Assembly (NCBI GenBank): GCA_023254095.1
Contig: JALNLM010000006.1
Span: 1 to 64,000 of the forward strand
Length of the DNA stretch: 64,000 nucleotides
Reading direction: 5' to 3'
From: Candidatus Geocrenenecus huangii
GTDB lineage: Archaea; Thermoproteota; Nitrososphaeria_A; Caldarchaeales; Wolframiiraptoraceae
In this document: piece by piece, positions 57,752-64,000 of the stretch
Layout of the letters: each line of letters starts with the position of its first letter
How positions within the stretch are numbered: the first letter of the stretch is position 1
The notes under the pieces: generated by a model
Databases searched by the model: none
What the model was told of the DNA's origin: nothing
The model's input: only the letters and a program-made list of their open reading frames with translations
Translations under genes and position numbers: made by a program

Positions 57752-58997
57752 ATTTCCTATACTCTAGCTCGGGTGAAAGTTTCTCTAATCCGTTTTCTTC
57801 AACATATCCTGCTAGATATCCCGCTGCACAACATGCCCTGAATGGATCTACATCGTGTGATAGGAAGAATAAGGTCATTGCTCTTAAAGTCGATGAACCG
57901 ATTACCCCCAATGGTCTAGAGACCCATGAAGCCTTAACCCTATCACCATCACTAACGACGTCTACATGAGATTGATGATAGATAACTTTTCCCTGCTCAA
58001 CCGCCAGCTCTCTAACTTTTCTCAACCTATCATTGAAAGGCTGCATCTCGATAGAAAGATCTCTAACGATAGCTATAGTGGACTCTTTTCCTAACCCCTC
58101 GGTCACTATTATATTGTTTCCAGAGCATTGCTCGTGAAGATTTTCTCCTCCTTCGCCGATGTATACTATCGGAGACGCGGAGGGCTTATCCAGAATGATT
58201 TTGGAGCCAAGCTTATCGAGGATCTCGCTTATCTTTTCGCCCGGGCTTATCAACCCAATGGGTTTAGATTCTTGGGAGAGATCTATCAGGGCGTCTTGCA
58301 GATCTCCTGGCCCCATCAGTAATTCTGCTTCCAATGGTATTCCTATAGATGCAACAATGACCTCTCCGCAGTATTCCGCAGATGCGGGTATCCCCTTCTT
58401 AATTCTGTGGAACGTTATACTCATATCTGCTTTTACTGCTATGTCTTCAACTTCTCCAGTATCCGGATTTATTCCTGAAGGTATATCTACTGAAAGCTTG
58501 AACGCTTTAGTAGAATTAATTATCTGGATCGCTGTTCTATATGGTTCTTTAATCTTACCTCTAACGCCTGTCCCGAAGATCGCATCGACTATGGCCTCGG
58601 CTTTTTCGATAATGGACCTGAGTTCCTGTAGCTTGTTAACATCATCAGCCGTGAAGAACTTTACACTCTCTTTCATAGCTCTTACGATCTCTAAGTTTTT
58701 CCTAGCTTCGGGTGTTCGGATCTTCTCAGGTGGGGATAAGAGTATGACCGTCGTATTGGCACCCATGGAGGCCAAGTGTCTCGCTGCCGCCATCCCATCT
58801 CCACCATTGTTTCCAGGTCCGCAGAATACTACCACATTAACTCCTTTCAATGTACCGATCCAGTTATAGACAGCTCTAGCAACATTTGCTCCAGCATTCT
58901 CCATTAAGAGGATCCTCGGTATACCAAGCCATTCAGAATTCTCATCGGCTATCATCATTTCTCTACTCGTTATTGTAAATCTTTCCAACTCAAACAT
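57735..58997 (-). CDS. nnrE: NAD(P)H-hydrate epimerase NnrE fused to a degenerate NnrD-like domain
   Basis: LMENAG, GPGNNGGDG, DAIFGTG, SVDIPSG, TFH, IGIP; C-terminal half lacks the dehydratase motifs. Confidence 0.88.
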   Translation of the reverse strand: MFELERFTITSREMMIADENSEWLGIPRILLMENAGANVARAVYNWIGTLKGVNVVVFCGPGNNGGDGMAAARHLASMGANTTVILLSPPEKIRTPEARKNLEIVRAMKESVKFFTADDVNKLQELRSIIEKAEAIVDAIFGTGVRGKIKEPYRTAIQIINSTKAFKLSVDIPSGINPDTGEVEDIAVKADMSITFHRIKKGIPASAEYCGEVIVASIGIPLEAELLMGPGDLQDALIDLSQESKPIGLISPGEKISEILDKLGSKIILDKPSASPIVYIGEGGENLHEQCSGNNIIVTEGLGKESTIAIVRDLSIEMQPFNDRLRKVRELAVEQGKVIYHQSHVDVVSDGDRVKASWVSRPLGVIGSSTLRAMTLFFLSHDVDPFRACCAAGYLAGYVEENGLEKLSPELEYRKSRIRS

Positions 58998-59082
58998 GGT
59001 TTTCCTTCAACTATCATTCAAGTAAACTATATAATTAGTTTATCTTTTTTCCCGGATACAGAGAGCCAACTCTCAGTAGACA

Positions 59083-59787
59083 TTATAGTAAGCGGAGATA
59101 ACGTATGACTTTATCAGCAGCGTGCTCTACTAGTTCTTTTGGAATACCCTCTACTCCGTATGCAACTATCAATACCCTCTTTGTACTCCATCCTATCATT
59201 GTTCTTAAACTATCTCTATAGGGGAAGACATGTATTATACCTACATCGTCTGATAAGACTATCGATCTCGGCTCAAGTTTTATTATTCTTCCAGTAAAAT
59301 CTATGAACTCTTCACCTTGTCTTGCAAATCTTAAAACTGGTTCTCCAACGATCTTATCCAAGTCGTACAGTCCTATAGGTATGAGCGTTTCAGCTGATGC
59401 TAGATTTCCAGCATCTACAACATTATTTATTAATGGAAATGATGATCCACCAAGTATCCTCCTGACTAGTGCTTCACTAGTAGGGCGAACCCTTGTTGGG
59501 TCAACGCCGATCTTCCAGAAAAAATCTCTAAGAGATTTGACAACACGATTTTCTTTTAAATTTTCCAGAGTATAATTAATAGATGATCTGAGTTCTTTTA
59601 CTAATTCTTCGAGATTTCTAGATTGTCTAACTTTTACGTCTACCTCTCTGGTTGAAATGTAGATTTCAGGAAATTCTTGAGCTAGCGTTGGCTCTATCTG
59701 AACTGTTACCATACGCGTTTCGTGGGTCTGCTCAACTCTTAAGGATTCATTCTGGAGGTGGAGGCAAGTACGGAGGAGGTCTTTCAC
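59083..59787 (-). CDS. B3/B4 (PheRS beta editing-like) domain protein (true start probably ATG 59712)
   Basis: FFWKIGVDPTRVRPTSEALVRR, INNVVD, PIGLYDLD, YRDS. Confidence 0.88.
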   Translation of the reverse strand: MKDLLRTCLHLQNESLRVEQTHETRMVTVQIEPTLAQEFPEIYISTREVDVKVRQSRNLEELVKELRSSINYTLENLKENRVVKSLRDFFWKIGVDPTRVRPTSEALVRRILGGSSFPLINNVVDAGNLASAETLIPIGLYDLDKIVGEPVLRFARQGEEFIDFTGRIIKLEPRSIVLSDDVGIIHVFPYRDSLRTMIGWSTKRVLIVAYGVEGIPKELVEHAADKVIRYLRLL

Positions 59788-60421
59788 GCTTGGCTTCCGG
59801 TATACTAAAGAACGATACAGCTGAGAATATTAATGATAGTAGGCCGAGTAATGCTATGCAACCTATTCCAATGAAGTATATGCCGAGTATGTTGAATATT
59901 TCTGAGGGTGTAGTAAAGAAAGGTGTGTAGAAGTCTACAGTCAATGCTAGGAGTATGAATGATGCGATTATGATAATGCCCACGATCACGGTGATTATCC
60001 TCATCCATCCTGCTCTCTTAAACCATTTAACATCATATACAGTTGCCGCTCTGAAATGGGATACTAGCTCGAATATCCACACAACTAATGCTAAGACCGC
60101 AGATACTCCTGCCAATAACAAGAATAATCCAATAGTGTTTAGGAATTCACTGAATAATCCTGGTGGAACACTAGGGTATCCTCCTAGAAGTGATTCACTC
60201 ATTAAACTTCGCATGAAGGGGAACAAGATAGCTAATATAATCGCACTCATTATCATGTTGATGAACATTAGTATGCCTGTTGCCTTAAAGATCCCTTGCT
60301 TAGTATCACTTCCAGCCATAATCCATGCAATTCCAACGATAATCAGCCCAACGAGATTTACAAACGGTATGAACATCAATATATATCCAATCCCACCCAG
60401 CCATTTATAACCTCTATTCAT
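59747..60421 (-). CDS. DUF996/DUF973-like membrane protein
   Basis: GGIGYIL, five TM segments, FKRAG, AVSFFSIP, Pro-rich tail. Confidence 0.7.
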   Translation of the reverse strand: MNRGYKWLGGIGYILMFIPFVNLVGLIIVGIAWIMAGSDTKQGIFKATGILMFINMIMSAIILAILFPFMRSLMSESLLGGYPSVPPGLFSEFLNTIGLFLLLAGVSAVLALVVWIFELVSHFRAATVYDVKWFKRAGWMRIITVIVGIIIIASFILLALTVDFYTPFFTTPSEIFNILGIYFIGIGCIALLGLLSLIFSAVSFFSIPEAKRERPPPYLPPPPE

Positions 60422-60585
60422 TAGCTAAATAAGTTCACACCTAATATATAAAGAATGATAGGTTAAGTAACTGCATATATTATAGGGGAGTCTTCTTACT
60501 TAATGGATTAATGTCTAGATGAAGCTCTAGCTTAGAAACGACCTTGCTAAACCATGTTTAAGAGTACTCGCACATGTAAAGTCAT

Positions 60586-61164
60586 TTACAATTTCTTGAA
60601 GAGTGGTAGGATCCCTAGATGATATACGTCCGTTCTGTATTCTCCTTCTACTAGTATTGCTGCTACTTTTGTTACTTTTCCTCCTGCTTCCTCAACTATT
60701 TGCTTCATAGCTCTTATCGTTTCCCCGGTGCTGATTATATCGTCAACTATTCCTACTCTCTTTCCCGAGATTCTATCCTTGTATCTTCCATCTATGCAGA
60801 GAACCAGCTCATGTCTACTGGTTATCGGTTTAAACTTTACCACTATAGGGTTCTTCATGAATGGCTTCATTTCTTTTCTACATACTATGTAGTATGGATG
60901 TCTGAGCTTAAGTGATATTTCATGAACTAAAGCTATACCCTTACTCTCAGCAGTCATTAAAACATCGGTGTCCTTAAGATACTCTGACAATATGTTTGCA
61001 CAGTGAGCTATAAATTCTCTATCACCTAGACTATCAAAGTATGCTATCCACGTATCTTCGCTCACTTGAACCATAGGTAATCTCCTCTTAAATCCCTGAA
61101 TATTCAGTTCATAATACTCTTGACCAGTATACGGTAAGATACTACTTCCGCTCATATCAAACAC
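60586..61164 (-). CDS. Adenine/xanthine-type phosphoribosyltransferase
   Basis: TAESKGI, CRK, PRPP-binding motif IVDDIISTGET. Confidence 0.88.
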   Translation of the reverse strand: MFDMSGSSILPYTGQEYYELNIQGFKRRLPMVQVSEDTWIAYFDSLGDREFIAHCANILSEYLKDTDVLMTAESKGIALVHEISLKLRHPYYIVCRKEMKPFMKNPIVVKFKPITSRHELVLCIDGRYKDRISGKRVGIVDDIISTGETIRAMKQIVEEAGGKVTKVAAILVEGEYRTDVYHLGILPLFKKL

Positions 61165-61336
61165 CTAGACGTTTCAGCAAGTAAATACGATGTCTGAACT
61201 AATAATTAAAGATATTCTTCAACCGCAGATGACCATTGAGGAATCAATCACATTCTTTCAGAATACTCTCCACTTGATACTGTAAACTTTCCAGACTACT
61301 TATCTCACCTCGTCTAGAAGCTAATGATTAAAACTA

Positions 61337-62584
61337 TTGATTTTTGAAGAGACCACCGCATTGAGTAGATACGAGATTATCCAAAGCATCAGCATAAAAG
61401 ATTCTTGGAAGTATGCCGAAGATGGATGGGGAGTAAGCCTACATAGAATCTGTTCTAGAACGGGCTCATTCCCACCTCCTCTTGCCTACTACTTCATAGT
61501 AAAATATTCGAGACCTGGAGACAAGGTCTTAGATCCTTTCAGTGGCAAGGGGACTGCGCCTCTAGAAGCATGTTTGAATGATAGAGTAGGAGTAGGAAAC
61601 GATCTTGCTCCTGAGGCTTACGTTTTGACTAGGGCGAAGGTCAGACCTGTGAGCTATCGTGATGTCTCGAGATGGGCTGAGTGGGCTAAGCCGAGAGTAT
61701 TACGGGAAGCACATGAATACAGAATAGAAGATATCGAAGATGAAGTCAAGATATTCTACAATAAGTATACTTTAAAGCAGATACTTGCTGTCAGAGATTT
61801 AGTCGAAGAACTTGAGGATGAAGACTTATCAAACTTCCTGAAAGCATTAATGCTTGGAATACTTCATGGGCCCTCTGGCATCCACCTAAGTATTAGGTGT
61901 TCTCACTCTTTTTCCATGTCTCCTGGATACGTGAAGAAATACATTAAAGAAAATCATCTAAAAAAACCTCGAAGGGATGTTCTGAAATGTCTAATGCTTA
62001 AAGCTGAGAGAGTCTTTAAGGACGGCATTCCAGCAGTAAAAGGATATGCTTTCATGAATGATGCTAGAAGTCTCCCCATAGAGGATGAAAGTATAGATTT
62101 CGTGATCACCTCTCCACCATACTTCAACATGCAGACGTACGCTTGGGACAATTGGCTCAGATTGTGGTTTCTCGGATACCGATACAAGGATGTAAGAGAA
62201 AAACTCTTCCATACAAATTCTCTAAAGAAATTCAATGCTTTCTTCAAAGATTGTCTAAGAGAGATCTTTAGAGTATTGAAATGGGATAGAGCTGCCGTGA
62301 TAGTTCTTGGAACGGTTAAACTAAATGGTAAGATAATAAATATGGCTGAAGAAGTAGCTCCGATAGCTGAGGAAATTGGCTTCAATGTTCAATCGGTAAT
62401 ATATGATGGTATACCAAAGTCAAATAAATACCTATGGTACCTAGATGGAGGCCAGGGAGTAGATAAAGAAGTAGTACTGATATTGACGAAAGGAGAATTC
62501 ACTCCAAACATTATCCGGATAGATTGGAGGAATGCTAAGCCGACTTCTATAATTAAAGAATGTGTTGAGGTGATGGCGACATGA
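61337..62584 (+). CDS. Amino-DNA methyltransferase (motif I - TRD - motif IV order; probably m4C)
   Basis: VLDPFSGKGT (motif I) near the N-terminus; DFVITSPPY (motif IV) near the C-terminus. Confidence 0.9.
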   Translation: MIFEETTALSRYEIIQSISIKDSWKYAEDGWGVSLHRICSRTGSFPPPLAYYFIVKYSRPGDKVLDPFSGKGTAPLEACLNDRVGVGNDLAPEAYVLTRAKVRPVSYRDVSRWAEWAKPRVLREAHEYRIEDIEDEVKIFYNKYTLKQILAVRDLVEELEDEDLSNFLKALMLGILHGPSGIHLSIRCSHSFSMSPGYVKKYIKENHLKKPRRDVLKCLMLKAERVFKDGIPAVKGYAFMNDARSLPIEDESIDFVITSPPYFNMQTYAWDNWLRLWFLGYRYKDVREKLFHTNSLKKFNAFFKDCLREIFRVLKWDRAAVIVLGTVKLNGKIINMAEEVAPIAEEIGFNVQSVIYDGIPKSNKYLWYLDGGQGVDKEVVLILTKGEFTPNIIRIDWRNAKPTSIIKECVEVMAT

Positions 62585-63693
62585 TATTTGAAACACATGG
62601 AGATACATGTAGGCTGGGTTACCTAAGACTGATTCCGTGCATAATGGAGGATGATGAACCTAGAAGCTTCGACTTCATCTCAAGTATACTCTACGACATG
62701 GTTAAGAACGTAGGTGGAGTAGAAGCTGTTTCACGAAACACCATTGGATTGATTACGAGAGCGGTAAACTCTAGAAATTACGTTACGTTGGCCGCTGAAA
62801 TGAATATAATTGATAGGAAGACTCAGAAACTTGGACATTTTGGGAAGATCTATCTAATCCTGAACTCCAGCAACTTGGTTAGAGAGTTTATTGAGGGCAG
62901 GTATCTTCCATCCATGAGAGAGTTGATAACCTTAAACGATGCTGAGAAGCTCTACTTCTTATGGGTTCTAGTCTCTACAGACTACCCCTTCATAGAACTG
63001 ATAATTAGCTGGATTGTAGAGAAAGAAAAATTTACAAGACAAGAGGCCATGACTTATATAATGGAGGAGGCTTATCCTGCATCATTAAGAAAGATAGTGA
63101 CCACGCTTCCTGAAAGCAAGAGGAAAAGTATCGAGTTGGAAGCTTCTGAAGCAGAAAAGTTTAGAGAGAAACGTCTATCTATAAAAGATAAAACAGAGTG
63201 GATTAAGACAAGCCTGTATGCGAAGTACCGTCATATAGCTCCCCCTCGCCTTGAATGGCTAGTGGACATAGGAGTCCTGAGGAGAGACGGTAGAGGTAAA
63301 TACTCGGTAGATGAAAGATTGATAAAAGGTCTCGACAAGATCTCTAGGATTCCAAGGATGAGCTTGCATAAGGTGGAAGAATACATATTTGAAGAATTTT
63401 CAAAGACTATGTTCAGTAGCTTAAGGAATGCTGGAAGGTACGAAATATCCAAGACAATAGTTGAAGCATATAACAGTCTTGAGAGATTTGGTCTTAGACC
63501 TATTAGACTAGACTACCTAGAAAAAGTTACAGCATTACTCTTGATTGAAAAGAAATCCTATGCAAATATATCAATGATACATGATGTCTTCAATAGCCTG
63601 GCGATAAGATTTCCGGACAAGATCTATATCTCTCCAGCTCCCAGTGGAAGTATAAATGTTGCAAAGATTGATCTAACAGATACAGAGATCTAG
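62581..63693 (+). CDS. Hypothetical protein with probable tandem winged-helix domains, coupled to the MTase
   Basis: ATGA overlap; LAAEMNII...LGHFG and PRLEWLVDIGVLRRDGRGKYSV look like wHTH ends. Confidence 0.7.
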   Translation: MIFETHGDTCRLGYLRLIPCIMEDDEPRSFDFISSILYDMVKNVGGVEAVSRNTIGLITRAVNSRNYVTLAAEMNIIDRKTQKLGHFGKIYLILNSSNLVREFIEGRYLPSMRELITLNDAEKLYFLWVLVSTDYPFIELIISWIVEKEKFTRQEAMTYIMEEAYPASLRKIVTTLPESKRKSIELEASEAEKFREKRLSIKDKTEWIKTSLYAKYRHIAPPRLEWLVDIGVLRRDGRGKYSVDERLIKGLDKISRIPRMSLHKVEEYIFEEFSKTMFSSLRNAGRYEISKTIVEAYNSLERFGLRPIRLDYLEKVTALLLIEKKSYANISMIHDVFNSLAIRFPDKIYISPAPSGSINVAKIDLTDTEI

Positions 63694-63784
63694 TTCCCCC
63701 ATAAGTCTTTAGCAGTTTAGTATTCTTTTCTGAGTTGAGTTGATATATTTATATCATGCTTTTTATAACTATGTTATTAGAAAT

Positions 63785-64000
63785 ATGGTTAAGGTATCAG
63801 AATTCCTGAAAGAGCATGGTAAACCTCCTAGAGAAGTGTATCTGGACCACGAGAATTGTGGATGGGTTCCGCCAGAAGTCGTTGAGGCGATGTTACCATA
63901 CTTTAACAAAAAGGGATACGGGCACCCCTCGATAACCAATCTGCCTGGATGGGAAGCATATGAAGTTATAGAGTCTACAATCGAGAAAATAAATAAAAGC
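63785..64000 (+). CDS. Cysteine desulfurase-like class V aminotransferase, 5' part only
   Basis: MVKVSEFLKEHGKPPREVYLDHENCGWVPPEVVEAMLPYFNKKGYGHPS resembles the IscS N-terminus; runs off the window. Confidence 0.75.
   Translation, partial: MVKVSEFLKEHGKPPREVYLDHENCGWVPPEVVEAMLPYFNKKGYGHPSITNLPGWEAYEVIESTIEKINKS

Noticed and set aside
1599-63452. Many antisense and nested ORFs in the six-frame track (e.g. 3175..3891, 15450..16193, 58159..58869)
   Set aside because: They shadow well-supported genes on the opposite strand and show the Ser/Ile/Pro-rich composition of antisense frames
61337-64000. Phosphorothioation (Dnd/Ssp) or BREX system from MTase + unknown + cysteine desulfurase
   Set aside because: No PAPS-reductase-like, ATPase or PglZ gene is visible and the desulfurase has its own TATA-like element near 63760; genes beyond the window edge cannot be excluded

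Overview
Gene-dense chromosomal window from an archaeon, most likely a thermophilic TACK lineage such as Nitrososphaerota/'Aigarchaeota'. That placement is inferred from gatDE, pus10, carS, csl4-rpoL, an ESCRT-III gene, GC-rich intron-containing tRNAs and TATA-type promoters. Most of the content is housekeeping: an archaeal shikimate cluster (lysC-asd-aroA'-aroB'-aroD-aroE-aroK, then aroA-aroC) interrupted by a nucleoside-phosphorylase cassette, plus hemL, a split Fe/B12 ABC transporter, thrB, trxB, pus10-srp54, glnA, gatDE, pyk, pheA, dph2-csl4-rpoL, nnr and five tRNAs (Phe, Ala-CGC, Ala-GGC, Trp with two introns, Leu). I found no CRISPR array, rRNA, integrase or intact transposase. The most interesting signals are: (1) a ~150-nt multi-helix 5' leader with a U-tract and a Trp-rich uORF ahead of the lysC-asd-aro operon; (2) an envelope-spanning coiled-coil protein ending in a cytoplasmic AbrB-type DNA-binding domain; (3) a KaiC-like ATPase carrying a mini-intein and coupled to a stand-alone AEP primase-polymerase; (4) a DNA methyltransferase coupled to a tandem winged-helix protein with no visible nuclease; (5) a C/D box sRNA followed by a multibranch RNA upstream of queT; (6) a missed GatC/AtzG-like microprotein; (7) a CBS-HPF fusion, probably a ribosome hibernation factor. 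All family calls come from motif recognition by eye; no searches were run.
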